From: a virus
Virus record (IMG/VR): IMGVR_UViG_3300004807_000018
Span: 1-64,000 of that record
Reading direction: 5' to 3' (one strand)
DNA length: 64,000 nt
Positions 34,959 through 43,897 of the stretch are shown here, piece by piece (the stretch's first letter is position 1; every line of letters starts with the position of its first letter). The notes under the pieces are model-generated. The model saw only the letters and a program-made list of their open reading frames with translations. It did no database searches and was not told where the DNA came from. The position numbers were made by a program, and so were the translations under genes.

Positions 34959-35435
34959 TTACTCCCTGTCCCTGTCCCAAATCAGAAGGGCCGCCTGATC
35001 GCCACCGATTTGGCTTAGCCGCTTCAGGTGCCTGTTCAGCGTCTTGATGAGGACGATGTTTTCATCGAGGTACCGGTCGCAAAACTCCTCAAGTGCTTTA
35101 GTCGGACCGGCAGAGGCGGAAACGCTTTGCCAGCCTTCTTGGGCCTCTTGAACGGCAGACATGATCTGCTGGTAGCAGTCCTCAAGGCTGGTCGCGGTGC
35201 AGGGGCAGTCGGCTACGCCAGGCACCGATACGGGCATAGCAGCGTAGTCGGCAATGAACTTGCAGACTCCCTTGACGTGCTTGCGGCATTCCTTGGAAAA
35301 CCGACCAAGCCACTTGTGGGAGCCTTGCCACTCTTCGGTTTTTGCCCACAGGGACAGTGCGAGGCCAAGCGAATGGGCCCGCATCTCGATTTCGGCTTGT
35401 CGCCTTAGCAATGCGCTTTGTTCGGGGGTGATCAT
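34959..35435 (-). CDS. Ferritin-like protein (degenerate ferroxidase centre)
   Basis: 158 aa matching the FtnA layout: Q..IEM.A, W....W.G..KW, KECRKH, IGGDQAALLIWDR. Confidence 0.7.
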   Translation of the reverse strand: MITPEQSALLRRQAEIEMRAHSLGLALSLWAKTEEWQGSHKWLGRFSKECRKHVKGVCKFIADYAAMPVSVPGVADCPCTATSLEDCYQQIMSAVQEAQEGWQSVSASAGPTKALEEFCDRYLDENIVLIKTLNRHLKRLSQIGGDQAALLIWDRDRE

Positions 35436-35518
35436 GATCGTGAGGGAGCAAAATGAGCAGGGGTCCGAAGCGGTATTGCTTCGGACCCCTGGGGGTGTGA
35501 TCAGAGCTAAGCTTTGGG

Positions 35519-35770
35519 TCAGCCGGTCGTAACCGGACCTGGGGCAAGAGGAATGCTTCCGCTTCCAGACTTGTCGCCCTTCACCATCATCGACGCGGCA
35601 ATCAGAGTGGTCGCCAGCGCCTCAGCAGAGGACGGAGAGATCGGGATGTCGAGCTTCTGGTCGTCCCACTCGACAACTACGTGGACGTTGTGGTCGCTGG
35701 CCGTAAGGACCAGGATCTTGACGTCGCTAACCCGGTTCTTTGGCGATAGGTGTTCGTGCGGTACAAGCAT
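35519..35770 (-). CDS. Hypothetical protein (83 aa)
   Basis: Coupled ORF. Confidence 0.6.
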   Translation of the reverse strand: MLVPHEHLSPKNRVSDVKILVLTASDHNVHVVVEWDDQKLDIPISPSSAEALATTLIAASMMVKGDKSGSGSIPLAPGPVTTG

Positions 35771-36009
35771 CAGTAAACTTTTCCTCTGGCCGTCTGGCCC
35801 ATCACCACGTCACGGACGTAGACGTCTTGGCTGTCGCCGTGGTCTTCGATCTTCATGACCCAGGACCAAACGTCGTTGACAAAACAGCGCTCGCCTTCCC
35901 TGGTGTGCTTTGTCGGCCAGTCCTCTAGGACCATCAAGGGAGTGAGAGGCGGATCGCCTTCTTCAAGCTGCGGTGGGTCGTTGTCCCAGTAGCGAATGGT
36001 GCAGGGCAT
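35770..36009 (-). CDS. Hypothetical protein
   Basis: Probable ATG (MPCTIRY) coupled to the upstream stop. Confidence 0.55.
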   Translation of the reverse strand: MPCTIRYWDNDPPQLEEGDPPLTPLMVLEDWPTKHTREGERCFVNDVWSWVMKIEDHGDSQDVYVRDVVMGQTARGKVY

Positions 36010-36455
36010 CAGGCCCGCGCCTTCCGTTTTTTCAGGGTGTAGGCAACCTGCCACAACCCATGTACGCAACGGTAGTCGTGGTCAAGGACGCCGACTTTGG
36101 TAAACCAAGCGAATAGCCCAACCCATAAGAAACTGGCGCACCAAACAAGGGTGAGCCAGACCGAAAGCCGCAACGCATTGAGATTGCCCTCGCAATAGAT
36201 CGAGTTGCACAAGAGCAGCCGCGAACAGGCACTTACGTTTGCTGGAAGTGGAACTTTTACGAAAGCGTGTGGAACAATGCCTTGGCCCTCTAGCTCTCTG
36301 CTCACCGCAATCGGAAGCCAGCGCCATCCGCCGTCTTCATAGGTCAGATGCTTTTGGTGCGGGTCAAACCGACAAATACGAGACCTGACCGAAAACGCGC
36401 CAATTGGGATGCGCGAACAGGTGTACGCGCGATTGACGTGGATTGTACTGGCCAT
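36009..36455 (-). CDS. Hypothetical protein with hydrophobic segment (148 aa)
   Basis: Coupled ORF. Confidence 0.45.
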   Translation of the reverse strand: MASTIHVNRAYTCSRIPIGAFSVRSRICRFDPHQKHLTYEDGGWRWLPIAVSRELEGQGIVPHAFVKVPLPANVSACSRLLLCNSIYCEGNLNALRLSVWLTLVWCASFLWVGLFAWFTKVGVLDHDYRCVHGLWQVAYTLKKRKARA

Positions 36456-37423
36456 CAGTTGCTCTGAACGAAGCCTGAACGTGAAGGCTCAGGGACTGCG
36501 GAATGAAGCAAGTCAATGATTGGCGTCCAGTTTAGAGTGAGCGAAATTCCGTGCTCTTTCAGATGCTTGCACAGCAGACTATGTCGCTCGGCTCCCGAGA
36601 GTGAGGCTAGCAGCGTCTTAGCAAACTCCACGAACCACACGCCTGAGTCCGAAACTCCATGGCAATACACCCTGACCCTGTCGCCCAGGTCGTCCAACTC
36701 AAACTTCGGTTTTTGGTCAGAGCTCTCGCCAGTTGAAACAACAGGCTTGCCCAGTTTTGCTAGTTTTGTCTGCGCTGCAAGTACCGCTAGTTCAACCAAA
36801 TCTGCGACAACTTTCATCTCCTCGCGTCCAGCAGCGCCCGGGCCTTTATTTTCCTGGCAGAACTTGCGGATCTGATCTGCGCCGGTGATCCGTAGGTCCG
36901 CATTGAGTTCGAAACCGGTGATCTTTGAGTGTTTAAGCCCAGATACAAAGACCCTGGCCAATTCATCTGCGATGATGCTGTATTCACACCGGATGTAGCT
37001 GTACGGCGAGTTGGGGTCTGGTTTAAGCTTATGAACACCTACTTGCGCAGCGATGTCCGAAATATATCCAGCGGGTTGCGTGGGGCTGACACTCTCATAG
37101 CATTTGAGGAACTGGTCCTCAGTCAGCACTGACAACGGGCGATAGTGCCCTCGCATCAGCAAAAGATAGTCGCCTGGCTTGCCCTGGTAGTTGGTCCCGC
37201 AAATCCTGAGAAAACGCCCTTGACCATCAAAAGCCGCTTCAACAACATATTCCAACTGGCGCTTCGACCAGTCAAACAAACTTTGAAGGAATTCAGGCGT
37301 GATTAAGTCGTGCGCCGGAATTTGAACCGCTTCAAACTTCTCAGTTTCGCGCACTACTTGGATCTCAAGTCCACTCGTTGAAGGCGTTACGCCGTTGCCG
37401 ACAGATGCTTGGTTTTCGCTCAT
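36455..37423 (-). CDS. Hypothetical mosaic phage protein (322 aa)
   Basis: Contains the common phage motif GKPGDYLL...F.KCYE. Confidence 0.7.
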   Translation of the reverse strand: MSENQASVGNGVTPSTSGLEIQVVRETEKFEAVQIPAHDLITPEFLQSLFDWSKRQLEYVVEAAFDGQGRFLRICGTNYQGKPGDYLLLMRGHYRPLSVLTEDQFLKCYESVSPTQPAGYISDIAAQVGVHKLKPDPNSPYSYIRCEYSIIADELARVFVSGLKHSKITGFELNADLRITGADQIRKFCQENKGPGAAGREEMKVVADLVELAVLAAQTKLAKLGKPVVSTGESSDQKPKFELDDLGDRVRVYCHGVSDSGVWFVEFAKTLLASLSGAERHSLLCKHLKEHGISLTLNWTPIIDLLHSAVPEPSRSGFVQSN

Positions 37424-37489
37424 GGTTTATCGGGAAAGAGCGAGGAAGTACTCGCCGCTCTTTGGGTCAGGTCCCTTGTGAGGGACAAG

Positions 37490-38914
37490 TTAGTCGTCTT
37501 GGTCCGCGAGCACTCCCTCGCCTGGACCGGCCAGTTGATTGCCATCGCCGTTGTCGACCATCGCCGTGGTCGGATCCTTTGGCGCTTCTGCTGCTTGCCG
37601 CTGAGTGCCTTCCGCTTGGCCCATGGGGCGCGTTCCCTTTGGCACCTGAATCTGGTCTCCGCCGTCGACCTTGCCCATGCCGATCCTTGCGCGTCCCTCG
37701 TCGGGGGTAAGGGGAGGCACACCGCAGAGCACTGCGATTTCCTTGAGCAAGATGTCCTTGAGGGCCTCGATCTTGGACTCGTCGTACATGATCACTTGGC
37801 CGTTTTTGCCAAGCTCAGGAATCAGGTTGCTTGTAAGCTGCCGAGCCCGCCTTCTGGCGTAGGGGATCACGAACGAACGGAACGTTAGATCGATCGCGGC
37901 TTCGATCGACGCGCGATTGTTGGACTCTCTGAGCCCGGTGCCCATGCCAACCACGACTGGCTGAATGCCAAACACGGCGCAAAGCCTCTGCTCTGCTTTC
38001 CCGGTCGTGTATTCGAGCCCGAGGGACTTGGGATCAAACTGAAGCTGCCCGACCTCAAGCGGAATGTTCGAGACGAGAACCGACCCTTTGCCGTCGCGCG
38101 TGAGCTGCTGTCTAAACCGGTTTTCGAGTTGCTTTGCTTGACCAGGCCCAAACTCGAAGATCGGCTGGAAGCTGTCTTCCGCGGTGTAGTTGCTCGGATA
38201 CTGTTTAGGTGTGATCAGCGCCGACGCGACTGCCCCGTTCGCAAGGATCGCCGCCTCGTGGCGGGCTGCCAGCATGTCCGATGCTAGTTCAGGGATCGCC
38301 GCGTAAAGCGGAGACATCCCGTAGACCGGCCAAACCGGATCCATCATGTACCGCATGTGCAGGATGTCGCACGGAGGAATGCGGTAGTAGCCGTTGACCG
38401 TGCTGACCCGGTACTCGGAAACGAACTCACCCGTTCCAGGCCAGGTGTAGGGATAGCACGAGTTTTCAGGAAGAAACTCAAGTGCGATCACCTTATTGGT
38501 GCGCGGATGCCTGTGCTTGTAGGCGTAGCTGTTGCCCCAAGCCATCTCCGTGAACACGGAAAGCTGGCTTAGGTCCGTGCCGTCGTACCACGGGTTTGGC
38601 CGCTCCAGGAGCACCGTGGCCGGATGGTGCTCGATGAGCTCGTACTTGTTGCCGCCAAGATCCCAATACGTTTCGAGCGGGATTGCCTCGATCTGCCGAA
38701 CCGCGAACGAGATGATGGAAAAGACGATCGACGAGTTGTAACGAAGGCTTGTTGCCTCGTTCCAGTCGATTCCTCCGGCCAGGGTCTGCTGGTACTGCCC
38801 GAAGTAGGTGCCTGCTCCGTAAGAACCGCCCGTAATGCTTGCGACCGTGTTGCCACGCCTTGCCGCACTGACCAGCGCACTGGCGAACTGGCTGACCCTT
38901 TGTCCAATGCTCAT
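37490..38914 (-). CDS. Portal protein, HK97 family
   Basis: LLERPNP, WGNSY, DILHMR, YGMSPL, LCAVFGIQP, LTPDEGRARIG. Confidence 0.92.
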   Translation of the reverse strand: MSIGQRVSQFASALVSAARRGNTVASITGGSYGAGTYFGQYQQTLAGGIDWNEATSLRYNSSIVFSIISFAVRQIEAIPLETYWDLGGNKYELIEHHPATVLLERPNPWYDGTDLSQLSVFTEMAWGNSYAYKHRHPRTNKVIALEFLPENSCYPYTWPGTGEFVSEYRVSTVNGYYRIPPCDILHMRYMMDPVWPVYGMSPLYAAIPELASDMLAARHEAAILANGAVASALITPKQYPSNYTAEDSFQPIFEFGPGQAKQLENRFRQQLTRDGKGSVLVSNIPLEVGQLQFDPKSLGLEYTTGKAEQRLCAVFGIQPVVVGMGTGLRESNNRASIEAAIDLTFRSFVIPYARRRARQLTSNLIPELGKNGQVIMYDESKIEALKDILLKEIAVLCGVPPLTPDEGRARIGMGKVDGGDQIQVPKGTRPMGQAEGTQRQAAEAPKDPTTAMVDNGDGNQLAGPGEGVLADQDD

Positions 38915-39066
38915 TTTTGCGGTTCATCCTGCCCAGCGATAATGCCGTCCACGACCTTGGTGAAAAACCGGTGTGCGAGAACGGATCCAATGACCACCGG
39001 GGCCAGCGCAAGCAGTCCGGCCGCTACGCCAAGCAGCACGCCGAACACGGGGAGAAAAGTTGTCAT
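38911..39066 (-). CDS. Small membrane protein (51 aa)
   Basis: MTTFLPVFGVLLGVAAGLL...; overlaps the terminase stop and the portal start. Confidence 0.6.
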   Translation of the reverse strand: MTTFLPVFGVLLGVAAGLLALAPVVIGSVLAHRFFTKVVDGIIAGQDEPQK

Positions 39067-40511
39067 CAGTAGACGCCGATCTTCTTGCGGGTTGGTGCGG
39101 TGCGCTCAGCCATCGCGTCGGCCAAAGCGTCTACCCAGTCGTCGTTGCGTCCTCTCGGGAACGCGCGAAGTTCTTCAATGAAGTCTTTCGCGTACTTGGA
39201 GTTTAGTAGCTTCAAATTGCCAGCGTTGACCTGCGCTGCTGAGGGCTCGGCTCTTAGTTCCTTGTCTCCGGAGACAGGAAGCACGACCACGCTGTAACCA
39301 GCGTGCAGAGCAAGGAACTTCTGGGCCGACTCCTTGCCCGCTGCGCCTGGATCCTGAGGACCACGGATGCGCGAAGGCTTTCGAAGGTCGGCTTCCTGCC
39401 GGATGCGCCTGTTGCGCTTATTCGGCTCGTGCTGGAAGCGCACGACGTCCGCATAGAAGATCCCGTCTGAATCCGGCCCGAAAAGCTCGACACCAGCAGT
39501 CCAGTCTCCGTCGTCCTCTGTCGCGCCAAGGTCCCACGCAAGGCAGCTTTTAAGCCCTGCGGGTATCGCCTCGACGATCTCAATCTTGTCCGGATGGAAT
39601 AGCGATCCTTCTGGAGGAGTCGGGTTGCCCTGGAACAAGGCTTCAAACTTATGGGCGCCCGCGTCCTTGAGCTGCTGAAGAATGAACTTCTTCGGTTTTT
39701 GCTCTGGCCACAGCGGCTCGCCGACTTCTCTGCCGAGAACGTCGCCTTCCACGGCAAGAGCCGGGAAGTTGATGACGGTCCAGCCGTGATCAGGCTGGGC
39801 GGTCAGCCGCCCAATGAGGTCGTCTTCGTGCCAGCGCGTGGCAATAATAACGACGATCGTGTCCGGCCAGAACCGCTGGACGATTGCGCCGGTGTACCAC
39901 TCCCAAATGTTCTCCCGAATGGTTTCGGAAGAAGCTTCCTCCCAGCTCTTGATCGGGTCATCAATGATGATCAGCCGGAGCCTAGGGATACCGGTAGGAG
40001 GCGTTCCAACACCCCGAACCGAGACCGTCCCGCCAGTGGTGAAGGACCACTCATCGAGCGCTGTCGCGTCCGAAGAGAGAATGCCACGCTCGTGCGCCAG
40101 GTCCCTTGCAGGTTTGCTAAGCTGCTTTTCGGCAAACCGCTGGTTGTATCCCGTGAGAAGCGCGTTCTCGCCCGGGAAGTGCTCGCCCCAGTAGACCGGC
40201 AAGCGTCGGGTGATCGTGTCAGACTTGGCGTGCTGCGGAGGCATCGAGAGGATGACCCGCTGCAGACGACCCTCGATGATCTCTTGGACTACCTCCTCGC
40301 ACAGCCAATCAATGTGGTGCGGAACGAGGTAGTAGCTGGGAATCGTGGTGTCGTACCACTTCCTGTAGGTTGGCCTTGTGCTAGCTTTCGCCAGAACCTT
40401 AGCCTGAATCTGCTCCTTGATCGGGATCCCGCGCCGGGCCGCTTCCGCGAGCCTCTCGGACAAAGGAATCGCATTGAGGGGAATTCGCGAGCTCCTGCCA
40501 AATCGACTCAA
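39066..40511 (-). CDS. terL: Terminase large subunit
   Basis: Walker A SMPPQHAKS, Walker B IIIDDP, TRWHEDDL, nuclease AWDLG and DDWVDA; exact start uncertain. Confidence 0.92.
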   Translation of the reverse strand: MSRFGRSSRIPLNAIPLSERLAEAARRGIPIKEQIQAKVLAKASTRPTYRKWYDTTIPSYYLVPHHIDWLCEEVVQEIIEGRLQRVILSMPPQHAKSDTITRRLPVYWGEHFPGENALLTGYNQRFAEKQLSKPARDLAHERGILSSDATALDEWSFTTGGTVSVRGVGTPPTGIPRLRLIIIDDPIKSWEEASSETIRENIWEWYTGAIVQRFWPDTIVVIIATRWHEDDLIGRLTAQPDHGWTVINFPALAVEGDVLGREVGEPLWPEQKPKKFILQQLKDAGAHKFEALFQGNPTPPEGSLFHPDKIEIVEAIPAGLKSCLAWDLGATEDDGDWTAGVELFGPDSDGIFYADVVRFQHEPNKRNRRIRQEADLRKPSRIRGPQDPGAAGKESAQKFLALHAGYSVVVLPVSGDKELRAEPSAAQVNAGNLKLLNSKYAKDFIEELRAFPRGRNDDWVDALADAMAERTAPTRKKIGVY

Positions 40512-40968
40512 TGAGAGCCTCGTCCGTTGTATCGTTTAGGGTCAAATCGACCTTGGAAGTGTTGGAGAATTTGCCTCCCACGAGTTGGGCCGCTGTCTCG
40601 ACTGCATTGAGCAGCAAAGCGTGGTCGCCAGCTTCCCTTGCCTTGTTGGCTATCCCTTGGATTTCGAGAAGTTGGCCCTCCAGCGTGGCAATCGGGATGA
40701 TCTTGATGTCCTGCTCAAGGTGCTGCTTTCGCACACGCTCAAACCGCTCAAGGAGCACTTTTCGAGCCCTGGAACCGTTGACTTGAATGTCGAACTTGAT
40801 CGCAGGGTTGTCGAAATTGAGGGCGCTGATTGAGGATCGGACTGGAGTCGTCGTTCCAGGGAATACCGATTGCCAGGATTCACGAATGTCCTTTGCAGAC
40901 TGAAACACCGCAAAGGCATCGACGATGTAGTGAAGCTGGCGCGTTGAAAAGCCGGGGCCTTTGCTCAT
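40399..40968 (-). CDS. Terminase small subunit (putative)
   Basis: Immediately upstream of terL; helical, GGKFSN..VDL C-terminal pattern. Confidence 0.65.
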   Translation of the reverse strand: MSKGPGFSTRQLHYIVDAFAVFQSAKDIRESWQSVFPGTTTPVRSSISALNFDNPAIKFDIQVNGSRARKVLLERFERVRKQHLEQDIKIIPIATLEGQLLEIQGIANKAREAGDHALLLNAVETAAQLVGGKFSNTSKVDLTLNDTTDEALIESIWQELANSPQCDSFVREARGSGPARDPDQGADSG

Positions 40969-41618
40969 TAGATCCGCGCACCGCAGCCGCAGTACGCCTC
41001 CAGTTCGCCTCGCTTAAATCTGGGAGGCCTATTTAGCGCGTCGCCAAACTCTGCAAGCTGTCCGTTCCAAGCGCCGTAGCGACGAACGACGCCGGCGAAC
41101 TCTTCAATATCGTGAGCGCGAGTGCACCAGACAGGGCTACCGTTCCGAAGAACCGGCATGCCGTACTCGGTCATCTCTTGCCCGCAGTGGTAAAGCTCGT
41201 GCTCGATGACTGCGCAGCGGCTCACGATGTCCGCATCGTAGAACCACGGGGCATTAAGCGTAATCAGGAAGTCCGGCCAGTTGTCCTGCGGATCCCAGGA
41301 TTCCCTGCGTGCCCAACTCTGGATCAGTTCTGTCGATCGCCCTTGCGACCACTTTGCAACCTGTCCTTGCGGGACTTCGGCCTGTCCGGCGAGGATCTTT
41401 CCCTTTTCTTTCGCGCCATAGCTTGCCCACACGAACAGAATCTTCGCTTCGAGCAAATGCTGGTGGTCTTCGTTGTAGTACTGCGGGACGTCGCCCGTGA
41501 TGAACATCTCTTCGGCCCATCTCCGAACTTCGGGGGCAGGCTCGAAGTGAATGCCGGAGCTTAAAACCGAGGCAGGAATAACCGGGAACTCAAGCTCAGA
41601 CCCGCTACGCTTAGCCAC
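40968..41618 (-). CDS. Putative phage metallopeptidase
   Basis: HELYH zincin motif, HDIEEFAGVVRRYG. Confidence 0.85.
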   Translation of the reverse strand: MAKRSGSELEFPVIPASVLSSGIHFEPAPEVRRWAEEMFITGDVPQYYNEDHQHLLEAKILFVWASYGAKEKGKILAGQAEVPQGQVAKWSQGRSTELIQSWARRESWDPQDNWPDFLITLNAPWFYDADIVSRCAVIEHELYHCGQEMTEYGMPVLRNGSPVWCTRAHDIEEFAGVVRRYGAWNGQLAEFGDALNRPPRFKRGELEAYCGCGARI

Positions 41619-41627
41619 CTCGCACCT

Positions 41628-41849
41628 TTAGTCGTTGCGGCTTACGCTTTCTCGCGCAAAAAACATGAGCGCAATGCAAATCGACACGGTCGAGACAAGC
41701 AGTTCTTGCTTAATCGATGCTTGATCCAAAGATTGCCCCGAAATCATCCACAGAGCGCAGCAGATCAGCACCGATATCCCAAAGCTGAGCAGCAGAAAAC
41801 AGGCGACCATTCCGACAAACGCGAAACAGTCGCCCAGGAACTTCCACAT
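41628..41849 (-). CDS. Small two-TM membrane protein
   Basis: Two hydrophobic segments. Confidence 0.6.
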   Translation of the reverse strand: MWKFLGDCFAFVGMVACFLLLSFGISVLICCALWMISGQSLDQASIKQELLVSTVSICIALMFFARESVSRND

Positions 41850-42325
41850 TAGAATCCCCAGCTTCCGCCGACGATCAGCCCCGCGTTCGTAAGCGAGAGC
41901 TGATTGATCTGGAATGCTTTCGAGAGGTCCGCTTTCTCGCCGATCCCGCCGAAGAGGGAGAAATTGGAATTGAAGTGGTATCGAACAACACCAGCAAAAC
42001 CAGCGACGGCGCTTTCGTCCTTGACGTCATAACCCCCGAATAGATCGAAACCGACCGTGAGATTCGGTACTTGACCAAAATTGAATCCCAGAAAGGACCA
42101 CCCTTTTGCCAGAGGAGCGTAACTCTTGACCTCGTTGAGTGCGATTACGGCATCGTGGCCGCGCTGGATGAACTCAGCGCCAGACCACGGGCCAGCGAAC
42201 GGGTTAGATGTCGGTGCGGTTGCTTGCAGGCTCACCGCAAGAACTGGCTTTAGGGTTGGGGCACTGTCCGCAAACGAGCAGGCAGAAAGCACGGCGAGAA
42301 GGGCAAGACTAAGGAAGTGTTTCAT
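41849..42325 (-). CDS. Exported protein / lipoprotein with beta-barrel-like C-terminus
   Basis: Signal peptide with LSAC lipobox; alternating beta-strands; ends in SWGF. Confidence 0.6.
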   Translation of the reverse strand: MKHFLSLALLAVLSACSFADSAPTLKPVLAVSLQATAPTSNPFAGPWSGAEFIQRGHDAVIALNEVKSYAPLAKGWSFLGFNFGQVPNLTVGFDLFGGYDVKDESAVAGFAGVVRYHFNSNFSLFGGIGEKADLSKAFQINQLSLTNAGLIVGGSWGF

Positions 42326-42593
42326 AGATGCTCCGCAGCTTTTCGAAGCTGCTTGGTAAACCGCGAAGGCTTTCGCCTGCGGCAATTCCTGGTCATGTCG
42401 ATCGGCACGGACGGTTCTTTAGCGAGTGCAGAGCCTGGCAAGCGCCAAGTCGGGGCCTCTACGCTTGGGATGCATTCACCGGAGACGACTTCTTGCCCCT
42501 GCAAGGCTGGGCATGTGCAGACCGACAACCGCCTGGTGATCGTGTCGGACATGCCATGCCGTGCGGGCATCAAAACGAAGCTGCTTGGCCCCA

Positions 42594-42944
42594 TTAGGCG
42601 CTGCGAACGATCGACAGATCGGCAACGAACTCAAGGCCTGCGTACTCGGCAAGGTCCGCGCCACGGCGAACAAGGTAGGAGGCCTTCGAAAGGTCGATCG
42701 CCTCGACGAGATCGGCGGGAAGACCCTTGACGTTGTCGGTGATCGTCAGAGCGAGTTGCTCAGCGTCCTTTGCGCCCTGAACCTTGGCGGTCGCCTCGAC
42801 GTTGATGCCGCTTCCGACTTCGAGGGAAACGACCTGATCGGGAAAGCTGGTGAGGGTTACCGGGTGACTGGCAAGGTGAAACACCTTGAGCTTGGTGTTT
42901 CCTTCGACGACGTACAGATCAGCGGTTGCGGTGTAGCTTGACAT
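42594..42944 (-). CDS. Hypothetical protein (116 aa)
   Basis: AAGGA SD, good codon usage. Confidence 0.7.
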   Translation of the reverse strand: MSSYTATADLYVVEGNTKLKVFHLASHPVTLTSFPDQVVSLEVGSGINVEATAKVQGAKDAEQLALTITDNVKGLPADLVEAIDLSKASYLVRRGADLAEYAGLEFVADLSIVRSA

Positions 42945-42991
42945 GTTTGTTCCTTGGGGCTAGGCCCCGAATCCTAAAATCGTTTGGATGG

Positions 42992-43351
42992 CTAACGTCT
43001 GCGCCTGCCCGGTGACGCTGAGTCTCGAGCCTGCGCAATCTGTTCGATCTGCTTGTTGAGCGCCGAGATCTCGGCCCTTGGTGAAATCAGATCGCCTTCT
43101 GCTTTGAGATCCGCATAGGGCTTGAGTGCACGCACAAGGACCACCGCTTCATACAGCGGGTCTTTGTGCCGAGTGCCGACGCAAAGCGAGCGAGACCACG
43201 CGGGATCACACTGGCGCGGATACTTGTCAAATTCACCCTCCGGCATGGGGGCGCATCTGACACGCTTGTCGATGACTTCGTTCATTGAGCGCGAGTCCTG
43301 ATTGAATTGACTGTGGGCAGCTTTTGCGCTAGTCGCCGTAGCGCCGAACAA
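42992..43351 (-). CDS. Hypothetical protein
   Basis: ORF; start uncertain. Confidence 0.5.
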   Translation of the reverse strand: MFGATATSAKAAHSQFNQDSRSMNEVIDKRVRCAPMPEGEFDKYPRQCDPAWSRSLCVGTRHKDPLYEAVVLVRALKPYADLKAEGDLISPRAEISALNKQIEQIAQARDSASPGRRRR

Positions 43352-43422
43352 CGTCCCCTAAACGTAGCTGCGAGTCGGTGGTCTCAGGGGACAATCTCCC
43401 ACATGGGCCACAGTCAAACTGG

Positions 43423-43641
43423 TTAGAGAATGTCTCCCGTGAGCATTTCAGCAGGCAAATAGGCAGTCATAAAGCGCATGCCTTCCTCGATCTTGACGGC
43501 CTGCTCGTCCTTGACAAACGTGCATTCAAGGGGCACACCGCGAACGTTCGTTGACCGAATGATAAACAGTCCCAACTCGTAGATCGGGCCATCTTTGCCC
43601 ATTTGGATCTTTTCTGGAAGGCGCTTGCTTGCCATGGTCAA
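43423..43641 (-). CDS. Hypothetical protein (72 aa)
   Basis: Coupled ORF. Confidence 0.6.
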   Translation of the reverse strand: MTMASKRLPEKIQMGKDGPIYELGLFIIRSTNVRGVPLECTFVKDEQAVKIEEGMRFMTAYLPAEMLTGDIL

Positions 43642-43895
43642 CTGGCCTCGGCTGGAAGACAGATTTCGACCTGACCGAAAACTTTGGCCGTGACGGGTTT
43701 GTTTTGGTCTTTAAGGAACAAGCAAGGAACCTGCGTCTTTGCCCCTGCAAGCAGGATCAACACTTCGACCCACCCTTCTTCGTCGTTTGCAGACTTCGTT
43801 ATGTGGGTAACGTCTTGGCCGTTGACTTTGACAACGATATCCCTGTGCTTGCCATTCGGAAACTCTGCCCGTACGGTTTTAGCGTCAATAAACAT
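43638..43895 (-). CDS. Hypothetical protein
   Basis: ATG at 43895 right after the DNase II stop. Confidence 0.6.
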   Translation of the reverse strand: MFIDAKTVRAEFPNGKHRDIVVKVNGQDVTHITKSANDEEGWVEVLILLAGAKTQVPCLFLKDQNKPVTAKVFGQVEICLPAEAS

Positions 43896-43897
43896 GG

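Noticed and set aside
42322-42594. 90-aa ORF filling the gap in the late operon
   Set aside because: Coupled at both ends but composition is atypical; not enough support to call it a gene.
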